The position numbers and the translations under genes were made by a program. Shown here piece by piece: positions 32,000 through 48,630 of a DNA stretch of 64,000 nt; within the stretch, counting starts at the first letter, position 1; every line of letters begins with the position of its first letter. This stretch comes from Eledone cirrhosa (taxonomy: Eukaryota), in assembly GCA_964016885.1 (NCBI GenBank), contig OZ024743.1, forward strand, positions 101,060,001 to 101,124,000, given 5' to 3'. The notes beneath the pieces were generated by a model. That model saw only the letters and a program-made list of their open reading frames with translations, was not told where the DNA came from and did no database searches.

Positions 32000-34900
32000 T
32001 CCTCACTCTTTCTATATATTCCTCACTCTTTCTATATATTCCCCACTCTTTCTATATATTCGTCACTCTTTCTATATATTCCCCACTCTTTCTATAAATT
32101 CTTCACTCTTTCTATAATATATCCCCCACACTTTCTATATATTCCCCACTCTTTCTATATATTCCTCACTCTTTCTATATATTCCTCACTCTTTCTATAT
32201 ATTTCCCACACTTTCTATAATATCTTCCCCACTCTTTCTATATATTCCCCACTCTTTCTATATATTCCCAACTCTTTCTATATATTCCTCACTCTTTCTA
32301 TATATTCCTCACTCTTTCTATATATTCCTCACTTTTTCTATATATTCCCCACTCTTTCTATAATATGTTACCCACTCTTTCTATATATTTCCCACTCTTT
32401 CTATATATTCCTCACTCTTTCTATATATTCGCCACTCTTTCTATATATTCATCACTCTTTCTATATCTTCCTTTCTCTTTCAATATATTCCCTACTCTTT
32501 CTATATATTCCTCACTCTTTCTATAATATATTCCCCACTCGTTCTATATATTCCCAACTCTTTCTATATATTCCCCACTCTTTCTATATATTCCTCACTC
32601 TTTCTATAATATATTCTCCACGCTTTCTATATATTCCCCACTCTTTCTATATATTCCCAACTCTTTCTATATATTCCTCACTCTTTCTATATATTCCCCA
32701 CTCATTCTATATATTCCTCACTCTTTCTATATATTCCTCACTTTTTCTATATATTCCCCACTCTTTATATAATATATTCCTCACTCTTTCTATATATTCC
32801 CCACTCCTTCTATATATTCCCCACTCTTTCTATATATTCCCCACTCTTTCTATATATTCCCCACTCTTTCTATATATTCCCCACTCTCTCTATATATTCC
32901 TCACTCTTTCTATATATTCCTCACTCTTTTTATATATTCCCCACTCTTTTTATATATTCCCCACACTTTCTATATATTCCTCACTCTTTCTATATATTCC
33001 TCACTTTTTCTATATATTCTTCACTCTTTCTATATATTCCCCACTCTTTCTATATATTCCTCACTCTTTCTATATATTCCCCACTCTTTCTATAATATAT
33101 TCCTCACTCTTTCTATAATATATTCCCCACTCTTTCTATATATTCGCCACTCTTTCTATATATTCCCCACTCTTTCTATATATTCCTCACTCTTTCTATA
33201 ATATATTCCCCAGTCTTTCTATATATTCCTCACTCTTTCTATATCTAACCTCACTCTTTCTATATATTCCCCACTCTTCGTATATATTCCCCACACTTTC
33301 TATATATTCCCCACTCTTTCTATATATTCCCCACTCTTTCTATATATTCCCCACTCTTTCTATATATTCCCCACTCTTTCTATAATATGTTCCCCACTCT
33401 TTCTATATATTCCCCACTCTTTCTATATATTCCCCACTCTTTCTATATATTCCTCACGCTTTCTATATATTCCCCACTCTTTCTATATATTCCTCACTAT
33501 TTCTATATATTCCTCACTCTTTCTATATATTCACCACTCTTTCTATATATTCCTCACCATTTCTATATATTCCTCACTCTTTCTATATATTCCCCTCTCT
33601 TTCTATATATTCGCCACTCTTTCTATATATTCCCCACTCTTTCTATATATTCCCCACTCTTTCTATAATATGTTCCCCACTCTTTCTATATATTCCCCAC
33701 TCTTTCTAAATATTCCTCACTCTTTCTATACATACCTCACTCTTTATATATATTCCTCACTCTTTCTATATATTCACCACTATTTCTATATATTTTAACT
33801 CTTTCTATAATATATTCCCCACTCTTTCTATATATTCCTCACTCTTTCCATATATTCCTCACTCTTTCTCTATATTCCCCACTCTTTCTATATATTCCCC
33901 ACTCTTTCTATTTATTCCTCACTCTTTCTATATATTCCTCATTCTTTCTATATATTCCTCACTCTTTCTATATATTCCCTATTCTTTCTATAATATATTC
34001 CCCACTCTTTCTATATATTCCCCACTCTTTTTATATATTCCCCACTCTCTCTATATACCTCACTCTTTCTATAATATATTCCCCATTCTTTCTATATATT
34101 CCCCACTCTTTCTATGTATTCCCCACTCTTTCTATATATTCCTCGCTCATTCTATATATTCCACACTCTTTCTATATATTCCCCACTCTTTCTATAAATT
34201 CCTCACTCTTTCTAGATATTCCCCACTCTTTCTATATATTCATCACTCATTCTATATATTCCTCACTTTTCCTACAATATATTCCTCACTCTTTCTATAT
34301 ATTCCCCACTCTTTCTATATCTTCCCCACTCTTTCTATATATTCCTCACTGTTTCTATATACTCCCCACTCTTTCTATATATTACCAACTCTTTTTATAT
34401 ATTCCCCACCCTTTCTATATATTCCTCACTCTTTCTATATATTCCTCACTTTTTCTATATATTCCTCACTCTTTCTATATATTCCCCACTCTTTCTATAT
34501 ATTGCTCACTCTTTCTATATATTCTCCACTCTCTCTATAATATATTCCTCACTCTTTCTATAATATATTCCCCACTCTTTCTATATATTCGCCACTCTTT
34601 CTATATATTCCCCACTCTTTCTATATATTCCCCACTCTTTCTATATATTCACCACTCTTTCTATAATATGTTCCACACTCTTTCTATATATTCCCCACTC
34701 TTTCTATATATTCCTCACTCTTTCTATATATTCCTCACTCTTTCTATATATTCCTCACTCTTTCTATATATTCCCCACTCTTTCTATATTTTCCTCACTC
34801 TTGCTATATATTCCTTACTCTTGCTATATATTTCTCACTCTTTCTATAATATCTTCCCCACACTTTCTATATATTCCCCACTCTTTCTATATATTCCTCA

Positions 34901-37900
34901 CTCTTTCTCGAATATCTTCCCCACTCTTTCTAAATATTCCTCACCATTTCTATATATTCCTCACTCTTTCTATATATTCCCTACTCTTTCTATATATTCC
35001 CCACTTCTTCTATATATTCCCCACTCTTTCTATATATTACCCACTCTTTTTATATATTCCCCACAGTTTCTATATATTCCTCACTCTTTCTATATATTCC
35101 TCACTTTTTCTATATATTCTTCACTCTTTCTATATATTCCCCACTCTTTCTATATATTCCCCACTCTTTCTATAATATGTTCCCCACTCTTTCTATATAT
35201 TCCTCACTCTTTCTATAATATATTCCCCACTCTTTTTATATATTCCCCTCTCTTTCTATATATTCCCCACTCTTTCTATATATTACTCACTCTTTCTATA
35301 CATACCTCACTCTTTATATATATTCCTCACTGTTTCTATTTATTCACCACTCTTTCTATATATTCCTAACTCTTTCTATAATATATTCCCCACTCTTTCT
35401 ATATATTCATCACTCTTTCTATATATTCCTCACTCTTTCTCTATATTCCCCACTCTTTCTATATATTCCCTACTGTTTCTATATATTCCTCACTCTTTCT
35501 TTAATATATTCCCCACACTTTCTATATATTCCTCATTCTTTCTATATATTCCTCATTCTTTCTATATATTCCTCACACTTTTTATATATTTCCCACTCTT
35601 TCTATATATTCCCCACTCTTTCTATATATTCCTCACTCTTTCTATATATTCCCTATTCTTTCTATAATATATTCCCCACTCTTTCTATATATTCCCCACT
35701 CTTTTTATATATTCCCCACTCTCTCTATATATTCCTCACTCTTTCTATAATATATTCCCCATTCTTTCTATATATTCCCCACTCTTTCTATGTATTCCCC
35801 ACTCTTTCTATATATTCCTCGCTCATTCTATAATTTCCCCACTCTTTCTATATATTCTCCACTCTTTCTATATATTCCTCACTCTTTCTAGATATTCCCC
35901 ACTCTTTCTATATATTCATCACTCATTCTATATATTCCTCACTTTTCCTACAATATATTCCTCACTCTTTCTATATATTCCCCACACTTTCTATATCTTC
36001 CCCACTCTTTCTATATATTCCTCACTGTTTCTATATACTCCCCACTCTTTCTATATATTCATCACTCATTCTATATCTTCCTCACTCTTTCTATATATTC
36101 CTCACTCTTTCTATATATTCCCCACTTCTTCTATATATTCCCCACTCTTTCTATATATTCTCCACTCTTTCTATATATTACCCACTCTTTTTATATATTC
36201 CCCACCCTTTCTATATATTCCTCACTCTTTCTATATATTCCTCACTTTTTCTATATATTCCTCACTCTTTCTATATATTCCCCAATCTTTCTATATATTG
36301 CTCACTCTTTCTATATATTCTCCACTCTTTCTATAATATATTCCTCACTCTTTCTATAATATATTCGCCACTCTTTCTATATATTCCTCACTCTTTCTAT
36401 ATATTCCTCACTCTTTCTATATATTCCCCACTCTTTCTATATATTCGTCACTCTTTCTATATATTCCCCACTCTTTCTATAAATTCTTCACTCTTTCTAT
36501 AATATATCCCCCACACTTTCTATATATTCCCCACTCTTTCTATAATATATCCCCCACACTTTCTATATATTCCTCACTCTTTCTATATATTCCTCACTCT
36601 TTCTATATATTTCCCACTCTTTCTATGATATCTTCCCCACTCTTTCTATATATTCCCCACTCTTTCTATATATTCCCAACTCTTTCTATATATTCCTCAC
36701 TCTTTCTATATATTCCTCACTCTTTCTATATATTCCTCACTTTTTCTATATATTCCCCACTCTTTCTATAATATGTTACCCACTCTTTCTATATATTTCC
36801 CACTCTTTCTATATATTCCTCACTCTTTCTATATATTCGCCACTCTTTCTATATATTCCTCACTCTTTCTATATCTTCCTTTCTCTTTCAATATATTCCC
36901 TACTCTTTCTATATATTCCTCACTCTTTCTATAATATATTCCCCACTCGTTCTATATATTCCCAACTCTTTCTATATATTCCCCACTCTTTCTATATATT
37001 CCTCACTCTTTCTATAATATATTCTCCACGCTTTCTATATATTCCCCACTCTTTCTATATATTCCCAACTCTTTCTATACATTCCTCACTCTTTCTATAT
37101 ATTCCCCACTCATTCTATATATTCCTCACTCTTTCTATATATTCCTCACTTTTTCTATATATTCCCCACTCTTTCTATAATATATTCCTCACTCTTTCTA
37201 TATATTCCCCACTCCTTCTATATATTCCCCACTCTTTCTATATATTCCCCACTCTTTCTATATATTCCCCACTCTTTCTATATATTCCTCACTCTTTCTA
37301 TATATTCCCCACTCTCTCTATATATTCCTCACTCTTTCTATATATTCCTCACTCTTTTTATATATTCCCCACTCTTTTTATATATTCCCCACACTTTCTA
37401 TATATTCCTCACTCTTTCTATATATTCCTCACTTTTTCTATATATTCTTCACTCTTTCTATATATTCCACACTCTTTCTATATATTCCTCACTCTTTCTA
37501 TATATTCCCCACTCTTTCTATAATATATTCCTCACTCTTTCTATAATATATTCCCCACTGTTTCTATATATTCGCCACTCTTTCTATATATTCCCCACTC
37601 TTTCTATATATTCCTCTCTCTTTCTATAATATATTCCCCAGTCTTTCTATATATTCCTCACTCTTTCTATATCTAACCTCACTCTTTCTATATATTCCCC
37701 ACTCTTCGTATATATTCCCCACACTTTCTATATATTCCCCACTCTTTCTATATATTCCCCACTCTTTCTATATATTCCCCACTCTTTCTATATATTCCCC
37801 ACTGTTTCTATAATATGTTCCCCACTCTTTCTATATATTCCCCACTCTTTCTATATATTCCCCACTCTTTCTATATATTCCTCACTCTTTCTATATATTC

Positions 37901-40900
37901 CCCACTCTTTCTATATATTCCTCACTATTTCTATATATTCCTCACTCTTTCTATATATTCACCACTCTTTCTATATATTCCTCACCATTTCTATATATTC
38001 CTCACTCTTTCTATATATTCCCCTCTCTTTCTATATATTCCCCACTCTTTCTATATATTCCCCACTCTTTCTATATATTCCCCACTCTTTCTATAATATG
38101 TTCCCCACTCTTTCTATATATTCCTCACTCTTTCTATACATACCTCACTCTTTATATATATTCCTCACTCTTTCTATATATTCACCACTCTTTCTATATA
38201 TTCCTAACTCTTTCTATAATATATTCCCCACTCTTTCTATATATTCCTCACTCTTTCCATATATTCCTCACTCTTTCTCTATATTCCCCACTCTTTCTAT
38301 ATATTCCCCACTCTTTCTATTTATTCCTCACTCTTTCTATATATTCCTCACTCTTTCTATATATTCCTCACTCTTTCTATATATTCCCTATTCTTTCTAT
38401 AATATATTCCCCACTCTTTCTATATATTCCCCACTCTTTTTATATATTCCCCACTCTCTCTATATACCTCACTCTTTCTATAATATATTCCCCATTCTTT
38501 CTATATATTCCCCACTCTTTCTATGTATTCCCCACTCTTTCTATATATTCCTCGCTCATTCTATATATTCCCCACTCTTTCTATATATTCCCCACTCTTT
38601 CTATATATTCCTCACTCTTTCTAGATATTCCCCACTCTTTCTATATATTCATCACTCATTCTATATATTCCTCACTTTTCCAACAATATATTCCTCACTC
38701 TTTCTATATATTCCTCACTCTTTTTATATATTCCCCACTCTTTTTATATATTCCCCACACTTTCTATATATTCCTCACTCTTTCTATATATTCCTCACTT
38801 TTTCTATATATTCTTCACTCTTTCTATATATTCCCCACTCTTTCTATATATTCCTCACTCTTTCTATATATTCCCCACTCTTTCTATAATATATTCCTCA
38901 CTCTTTCTATAATATATTCCCCACTGTTTCTATATATTCGCCACTCTTTCTATATATTCCCCACTCTTTCTATATATTCCTCACTCTTTCTATAATATAT
39001 TCCCCAGTCTTTCTATATATTCCTCACTCTTTCTATATCTAACCTCACTCTTTCTATATATTCCCCACTCTTCGTATATATTCCCCACACTTTCTATATA
39101 TTCCCCACTCTTTCTATATATTCCCCACTCTTTCTATATATTCCCCACTCTTTCTATATATTCCCCACTCTTTCTATAATATGTTCCCCACTCTTTCTAT
39201 ATATTCCCCACTCTTTCTATATATTCCCCACTCTTTCTATATATTCCTCACTCTTTCTATATATTCCCCACTCTTTCTATATATTCCTCACTATTTCTAT
39301 ATATTCCTCACTCTTTCTATATATTCACCACTCTTTCTATATATTCCTCACCATTTCTATATATTCCTCACTCTTTCTATATATTCCCCTCTCTTTCTAT
39401 ATATTCCCCACTCTTTCTATATATTCCCCACTCTTTCTATATATTCCCCACTCTTTCTATAATATGTTCCCCACTCTTTCTATATATTCCCCCTCTTTCT
39501 ATATATTCCTCACTCTTTCTATACATACCTCACTCTTTATATATATTCCTCACTCTTTCTATATATTCACCACTCTTTCTATATATTCCTAACTCTTTCT
39601 ATAATATATTCCCCACTCTTTCTATATATTCCTCACTCTTTCCATATATTCCTCACTCTTTCTCTATATTCCCCACTCTTTCTATATATTCCCCACTCTT
39701 TCTATTTATTCCTCACTCTTTCTATATATTCCTCACTCTTTCTATATATTCCCTATTCTTTCTATAATATATTCCCCACTCTTTCTATATATTCCCCACT
39801 CTTTTTATATATTCCCCACTCTCTCTATATACCTCACTCTTTCTATAATATATTCCCCATTCTTTCTATATATTCCCCACTCTTTCTATGTATTCCCCAC
39901 TCTTTCTATATATTCCTCGCTCATTCTATATATTCCCCACTCTTTCTATATATTCCCCACTCTTTCTATATATTCCTCACTCTTTCTAGATATTCCCCAC
40001 TCTTTCTATATATTCATCACTCATTCTATATATTCCTCACTTTTCCAACAATATATTCCTCACTCTTTCTATATATTCCCCACTCTTTCTATATCTTCCC
40101 CACTCTTTCTATATATTCCTCACTGTTTCTATATACTCCCCACTCTTTCTATATATTACCCACTCTTTTTATATATTCCCCACCCTTTCTATATATTCCT
40201 CACTCTTTCTATATATTCCTCACTTTTTCTATATATTCCTCACTCTTTCTATATATTCCCCACTCTTTCTATATATTGCTCACTCTTTCTATATATTCTC
40301 CACTCTCTCTATAATATATTCCTCACTCTTTCTATAATATATTCCCCACTCTTTCTATATATTCGCCACTCTTTCTATATATTCCCCACTCTTTCTATAT
40401 ATTCCCCACTCTTTCTATATATTCACCACTCTTTCTATAATATGTTCCACACTCTTTCTATATATTCCCCACTCTTTCTATATATTCCTCACTCTTTCTA
40501 TATATTCGTCACTCTTTCTATATATTCCTCACTCTTTCTATATATTCCCCACTCTTTCTATATTTTCCTCACTCTTGCTATATATTCCTTACTCTTGCTA
40601 TATATTTCTCACTCTTTCTATAATATCTTCCCCACACTTTCTATATATTCCCCACTCTTTCTATATATTCCTCACTCTTTCTAGAATATCTTCCCCACTC
40701 TTTCTAAATATTCCTCACCATTTCTATATATTCCTCACTCTTTCTATATATTACCCACTCTTTTTATATATTCCCCACACTTTCTATATATTCCTCACTC
40801 TTTCTATATATTCCTCACTTTTTCTATATATTCTTCACTCTTTCTATATATTCCCCACTCTTTCTATATATTCCCCACTCTTTCTATAATATGTTCCCCA

Positions 40901-42090
40901 CTCTTTCTATATATTCCTCACTCTTTCTATAATATATTCCCCACTCTTTTTATATATTCCCCTCTCTTTCTATATATTCCCCACTCTTTCTATATATTAC
41001 TCACTCTTTCTATACATACCTCACTCTTTATATATATTCCTCACTCTTTCTATTTATTCACCACTCTTTCTATATATTCCTAACTCTTTCTATAATATAT
41101 TCCCCACTCTTTCTATATATTCATCACTCTTTCTATATATTCCTCACTCTTTCTCTATATTCCCCACTCTTTCTATATATTCCCCACTGTTTCTATATAT
41201 TCCTCACTCTTTCTTTAATATATTCCCCACACTTTCTATATATTCCTCATTCTTTCTATATATTCCTCATTCTTTCTATATATTCCTCACACTTTTTATA
41301 TATTTCCCACTCTTTCTATATATTCCCCACTCTTTCTATATATTCCTCACTCTTTCTATATATTCCCTATTCTTTCTATAATATATTCCCCACTCTTTCT
41401 ATATATTCCCCACTCTTTTTATATATTCCCCACTCTCTCTATATATTCCTCACTCTTTCTATAATATATTCCCCATTCTTTCTATATATTCCCCACTCTT
41501 TCTATGTATTCCCCACTCTTTCTATATATTCCTCGCTCATTCTATAATTTCCCCACTCTTTCTATATATTCTCCACTCTTTCTATATATTCCTCACTCTT
41601 TCTAGATATTCCCCACTCTTTCTATATATTCATCACTCATTCTATATATTCCTCACTTTTCCTACAATATATTCCTCACTCTTTCTATATATTCCCCACT
41701 CTTTCTATATCTTCCCCACTCTTTCTATATATTCCTCACTGTTTCTATATACTCCCCACTCTTTCTATATATTCATCACTCATTCTATATCTTCCTCACT
41801 CTTTCTATATATTCCTCACTCTTTCTATATATTCCCCACTTCTTCTATATATTCCCCACTCTTTCTATATATTCTCCACTCTTTCTATATATTACCCACT
41901 CTTTTTATATATTCCCCACCCTTTCTATATATTCCTCACTCTTTCTATATATTCCTCACTTTTTCTATATATTCCTCACTCTTTCTATATATTCCCCAAT
42001 CTTTCTATATATTGCTCACTCTTTCTATATATTCTCCACTCTTTCTATAATATATTCCTCACTCTTTCTATAATATATTCCCCACTCTTT
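32000..42090. repeat. Tandem duplication of ~4.4 kb (offset 4,428 bp) whose second copy contains a nested 1,366-bp tandem duplication (~37340-40070)
   Basis: The 22-bp variant with atctaacctcac occurs at 33243, 37671 and 39037 (offsets 4428 and 1366). ORFs 33387/37815/39181 and 34668/40442 agree. The end marker cccaatc...attgctc occurs at 36281 and 41995. Confidence 0.87.
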
Positions 42091-43809
42091 CTATATATTC
42101 GCCACTCTTTCTATATATTCCCCACTCTTTCTATATATTCCCCACTCTTTCTATATATTCCCCACTCTTTCTATAATATGTTCCCCACTCTTTCTATATA
42201 TTCCTCACTCTTTCTATATATTTCCCACTCTTTCTATAATATCTTCCCCACTCTTGCTATATATTCCTTACTCTTGCTATATATTTCTCACTCTTTCTAT
42301 AATATCTTCCCCACTCTTTCTATATATTCCTCACCATTTCTATATATTCCTCACTCTTTCTATATATTCCCTACTCTTTCTATATATTACCCACTCTTTT
42401 TATATATTCCCCACACTTTCTATATATTCCTCATTTTTTCTATATATTCTTCACTCTTTCTATATATTCCCCACTCTTTCTATATATTCCTCACTCTTTC
42501 TATATATATTACCCACTCTTTCTATAATATATTCCTCACTCTTTCTATAATATATTCCCCACTCTTTCTATATATTCGCCACTCTTTCTATATATTCCCC
42601 ACTCTTTCTATATATTCTCCACTCTTTCTATAATATGTTCCACACTCTTTCTATATATTCCCCACTCTTTCTATACATTCCTCACTCTTTCTATATATTC
42701 CTCACTCTTTCTATATATTCCTCACTCTTTCTATATATTCCCCGCTCTTCCTATATATTCCTCACTCTTTCTATATATTCCCCACTGTTGCTATATATTC
42801 CTCACTCTTTCTATATATTCCCCGCTCTTTCTATATATTCCCCACTCTTTCTATATCTTCCCCACTCTTTCTATATATTCCTCACTCTTTCTATATATTC
42901 CTCACTCTTTCTATATATTCCTCACTCTTTCTATATATTCCCCGCTCTTTCTATATATTCCCCACTCTTTCTATATATTCCCCACTCTTTCTATATATTC
43001 CCCACTCTTTCTATAATATGTTCCCCACTCTTTCTATATATTCCTCACTCTTTCTATAATATATTCCCCACTCTTTTTATATATTCCCCTCTCTTTCTAT
43101 ATATTCCCCACTCTTTCTATATATTCCTCACTCTTTCTATACATACCTCACTCTTTCTATATATTCCTCACTCTTTCCATATATTCCTCACTCTTTCTCT
43201 ATATTCCCCACTCTTTCTATATATTCCCCACTGTTTCTATATATTCCTCACTCTTTCTTTAATATATTCCCCACACTTTCTATATATTCCTCATTCTTTC
43301 TATATATTCCTCATTCTTTCTATATATTCCTCACACTTTTTATATATTTCCCACTCTTTCTATATATTCCCCACTCTTTCTATATATTGCCCACTCTTTC
43401 TATATATTCACCACTCTTTCTATAATATGTTCCACACTCTTTCTATATATTCCCCACTCTTTATATATATTCCTCACTCTTTCTATATATTCCTCACTCT
43501 TTCTATATATTCCTCACTCTTTCTATATCTTCCCCACACTTTCTATATATTCCCCACTCTTTCTATATATTCCTCACTCTTTCTAGAATATCTTCCCCAC
43601 TCTTTCTAAATATTCCTCACCATTTCTATATATTCCTCACTCTTTCTATATATTCCCTACTCTTTCTATATATTCCCCACTTCTTCTATATATTCCCCAC
43701 TCTTTCTATATATTACCCACTCTTTTTATATATTCCCCACACTTTCTATATATTCCTCACTCTTTCTATATATTCCTCACTTTTTCTATATATTCTTCAC
43801 TCTTTCTAT

Positions 43810-46800
43810 ATATTCCCCACTCTTTCTATATATTCCCCACTCTTTCTATATATTCCTCACTCTTTCTAGATATTCCCCACTCTTTCTATATATTCATCAC
43901 TCATTCTATATATTCCTCACTTTTCGTACAATATATTCCTCACTCTTTCTATATATTCCCCACTCTTTCTATATCTTCCCCACTCTTTCTATATATTCCT
44001 CACTGTTTCTATATACTCCCCACTCTTTCTATATATTACCCAGTCTTTTTATATATTCCCCACCCTTTCTATATATTCCTCACTCTTTCTATATATTCCT
44101 CACTTTTTCTATATATTCCTCACTCTTTCTATATATTCCCCACTCTTTCTATATATTGCTCACTCTTTCTATATATTCTCCACTCTTTCTATAATATATT
44201 CCTTACTCTTTCTATAATGTATTCCCCACTCTTTCTATATATTCGCCACTCTTTCTATATATTCCCCACTCTTTCTATATATTCCCCACTCTTTCTATAT
44301 ATTCCCCACTCTTTCTATAATATGTTCCACACTCTTTCTATATATTCCCCACTCTTTCTATATATTCCTCACTCTTTCTATATATTCCTCACTCTTTCTA
44401 TATATTCCTCACTCTTTCTATATATTCCCCACTCTTTCTATATTTTCCTCACTCTTGCTATATATTCCTTACTCTTGCTATATATTTCTCACTCTTTCTA
44501 TAATATCTTCCCCACTCTTTCTATATATTCCCCACTCTTTCTATATATTCCTCACTCTTTCTCGAATATCTTCCCCACTCTTTCTAAATATTCCTCACCA
44601 TTTCTATATATTCCTCACTCTTTCTATATATTCCCTACTCTTTCTATATATTCCCCACTTCTTCTATATATTCCCCACTCTTTCTATATAATACCCACTC
44701 TTTTTATATATTCCCCACACTTTCTATATATTCCTCACTCTTTCTATATATTCCTCACTCTTTCTATATATTCCCTATTCTTTCTATAATATATTCCCCA
44801 CTCTTTCTATATATTACCCACTCTTTTTATATATTCCCCACACTTTCTATATATTCCCCACTCTTTCTATATATTCCTCACTCTTTCTATATATTCCCCA
44901 CTCTTTCTATAATATATTCCTCACTCTTTCTATAATATATTCCCCACTCTTTCTATATATTCGCCACTCTTTCTATATATTCGCCACTCTTTCTATATAT
45001 TCCCCACTCTTTCTATAATATGTTCCACACTCTTTCTATATATTCCCCACTCTTTCTATATATTCCTCACTCTTTCTATATATTCCTCACTCTTTCTATA
45101 TATTCCTCACTCTTTCTATATATTCCCCGCTCTTTCTATATATTCCTCACTCTTTCTATATATTCCCCACTGTTGCTATATATTCCTCACTCTTTCTATA
45201 TATTCCCCGCTCTTTCTATATATTCCCCACTCTTTCTATATCTTCCCCACTCTTTCTATATATTCCTCACTCTTTCTATATATTCCTCACTCTTTCTATA
45301 TATTCCTCACTCTTTCTATATAATCCCCGCTCTTTCTATATATTCCCCACTCTTTCTATATATTCCCCACTCTTTCTATATATTCCCCACTCTTTCTATA
45401 ATATGTTCCCCACTCTTTCTATATATTCCTCACTCTTTCTATAATATATTCCCCACTCTTTTTATATATTCCCCTCTCTTTCTATATATTCCCCACTCTT
45501 TCTATATATTCCTCACTCTTTCTATACATACCTCACTCTTAATATATATTCCACACTCTTTCTATATATTCACCACTCTTTCTATATATTCCTAACTCTT
45601 TCTATAATATATTCCCCACTCTTTCTATATATTCCTCACTCTTTCCATATATTCCTCACTCTTTCTCTATATTCCCCACTCTTTCTATATATTCCCCACT
45701 GTTTCTATATATTCCTCACTCTTTCTTTAATATATTCCCCACACTTTCTATATATTCCTCATTCTTTCTATATATTCCTCATTCTTTCTATATATTCCTC
45801 ACACTTTTTATATATTTCCCACTCTTTCTATATATTCCCCACTCTTTCTATATATTCCTCACTCTTTCTATATATTCCTCACTCTTTCTATATATTCCTC
45901 ACTCTTTCTATATATTCCCTATTCTTTCTATAATATATTCCCCACTCTTTCTATATATTCCCCACTCTTTTTATATATTCCCCACTCTCTCTATATATTC
46001 CTCACTCTTTCTATAATATATTCCTCACTCTTTCTATATATTCCCCACGCCTTCTATATATTCCCCACTCTTTCTATATATTCCCCACTCTTTCTATATA
46101 TTCCCCACTCTTTCTATATATTCCTCACTCTTTCTATATATTCCCCACTCTCTCTATATATTCCTCACTCTTTCTATATATTCCTCATCTTTCTATATAT
46201 TACTAACTCTTTCTATATATTCCCCACTCTTTCTATATATTCCTCACTCTTTCTATATATTCCCCACTCTTTCTATATATTCCTCACTATTTCTATATAT
46301 TCCTCACTCTTTCTATATATTCAGCACTCTTTCTATATATTCCTCACTATTTCTATATATTCCCCACTCTTTTTATATATTCCCCACTCTCTCTATATAT
46401 TCCTCACTCTTTCTATAATATATTCCCCATTCTTTCTATATATTCCCCACTCTTTCTATGTATTCCCCACTCTTTCTATATATTCCTCGCTCATTCTATA
46501 TATTCCCCACTCTTTCTATATATTCCCCACTCTTTCTATATATTCCTCACTCTTTCTAGATATTCCCCACTCTTTCTATATATTCATCACTCATTCTATA
46601 TATTCCTCACTTTTCGTACAATATATTCCTCACTCTTTCTATATATTCCCCACTCTTTCTATATCTTCCCCACTCTTTCTATATATTCCTCACTGTTTCT
46701 ATATACTCCCCACTCTTTCTATATATTACCCACTCTTTTTATATATTCCCCACCCTTTCTATATATTCCTCACTCTTTCTATATATTCCTCACTTTTTCT

Positions 46801-48630
46801 ATATATTCCTCACTCTTTCTATATATTCCCCACTCTTTCTATATATTGCTCACTCTTTCTATATATTCTCCACTCTTTCTATAATATATTCCTCACTCTT
46901 TCTATAATGTATTCCCCACTCTTTCTATATATTCGCCACTCTTTCTATATATTCCCCACTCTTTCTATATATTCCCCACTCTTTCTATATATTCCCCACT
47001 CTTTCTATAATATGTTCCACACTCTTTCTATATATTCCCCACTCTTTCTATATATTCCTCACTCTTTCTATATATTCCTCACTCTTTCTATATATTCCTC
47101 ACTCTTTCTATATATTCCCCACTCTTTCTATATTTTCCTCACTCTTGCTATATATTCCTTACTCTTGCTATATATTTCTCACTCTTTCTATAATATCTTC
47201 CCCACTCTTTCTATATATTCCCCACTCTTTCTATATATTCCTCACTCTTTCTCGAATATCTTCCCCACTCTTTCTAAATATTCCTCACCATTTCTATATA
47301 TTCCTCACTCTTTCTATATATTCCCTACTCTTTCTATATATTCCCCACTTCTTCTATATATTCCCCACTCTTTCTATATAATACCCACTCTTTTTATATA
47401 TTCCCCACACTTTCTATATATTCCTCACTCTTTCTATATATTCCTCACTCTTTCTATATATTCCCTATTCTTTCTATAATATATTCCCCACTCTTTCTAT
47501 ATATTACCCACTCTTTTTATATATTCCCCACACTTTCTATATATTCCCCACTCTTTCTATATATTCCTCACTCTTTCTATATATTCCCCACTCTTTCTAT
47601 AATATATTCCTCACTCTTTCTATAATATATTCCCCACTCTTTCTATATATTCGCCACTCTTTCTATATATTCCCCACTCTTTCTATATATTCCCCACTCT
47701 TTCTATAATATGTTCCACACTCTTTCTATATATTCCCCACTCTTTCTATATATTCCTCACTCTTTCTATATATTCCTCACTCTTTCTATATATTCCTCAC
47801 TCTTTCTATATATTCCCCGCTCTTTCTATATATTCCTCACTCTTTCTATATATTCCCCACTGTTGCTATATATTCCTCACTCTTTCTATATATTCCCCGC
47901 TCTTTCTATATATTCCCCACTCTTTCTATATCTTCCCCACTCTTTCTATATATTCCTCACTCTTTCTATATATTCCTCACTCTTTCTATATATTCCTCAC
48001 TCTTTCTATATATTCCCCGCTCTTTCTATATATTCCCCACTCTTTCTATATATTCCCCACTCTTTCTATATATTCCCCACTCTTTCTATAATATGTTCCC
48101 CACTCTTTCTATATATTCCTCACTCTTTCTATAATATATTCCCCACTCTTTTTATATATTCCCCTCTCTTTCTATATATTCCCCACTCTTTCTATATATT
48201 CCTCACTCTTTCTATACATACCTCACTCTTAATATATATTCCACACTCTTTCTATATATTCACCACTCTTTCTATATATTCCTAACTCTTTCTATAATAT
48301 ATTCCCCACTCTTTCTATATATTCCTCACTCTTTCCATATATTCCTCACTCTTTCTCTATATTCCCCACTCTTTCTATATATTCCCCACTGTTTCTATAT
48401 ATTCCTCACTCTTTCTTTAATATATTCCCCACACTTTCTATATATTCCTCATTCTTTCTATATATTCCTCATTCTTTCTATATATTCCTCACACTTTTTA
48501 TATATTTCCCACTCTTTCTATATATTCCCCACTCTTTCTATATATTCCTCACTCTTTCTATATATTCCTCACTCTTTCTATATATTCCTCACTCTTTCTA
48601 TATATTCCCTATTCTTTCTATAATATATTC
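43810..48630. repeat. Duplication of ~2.1 kb (~43810-45940 and ~46500-48630), offset 2,690 bp
   Basis: ORF pairs 44217/46907, 44455/47145 and 45020/47710 share the offset. Private variants ttttcgtacaat (43921/46611), tataatgtatt, tataataccc and cttaatatatattccac are shared. Confidence 0.9.
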
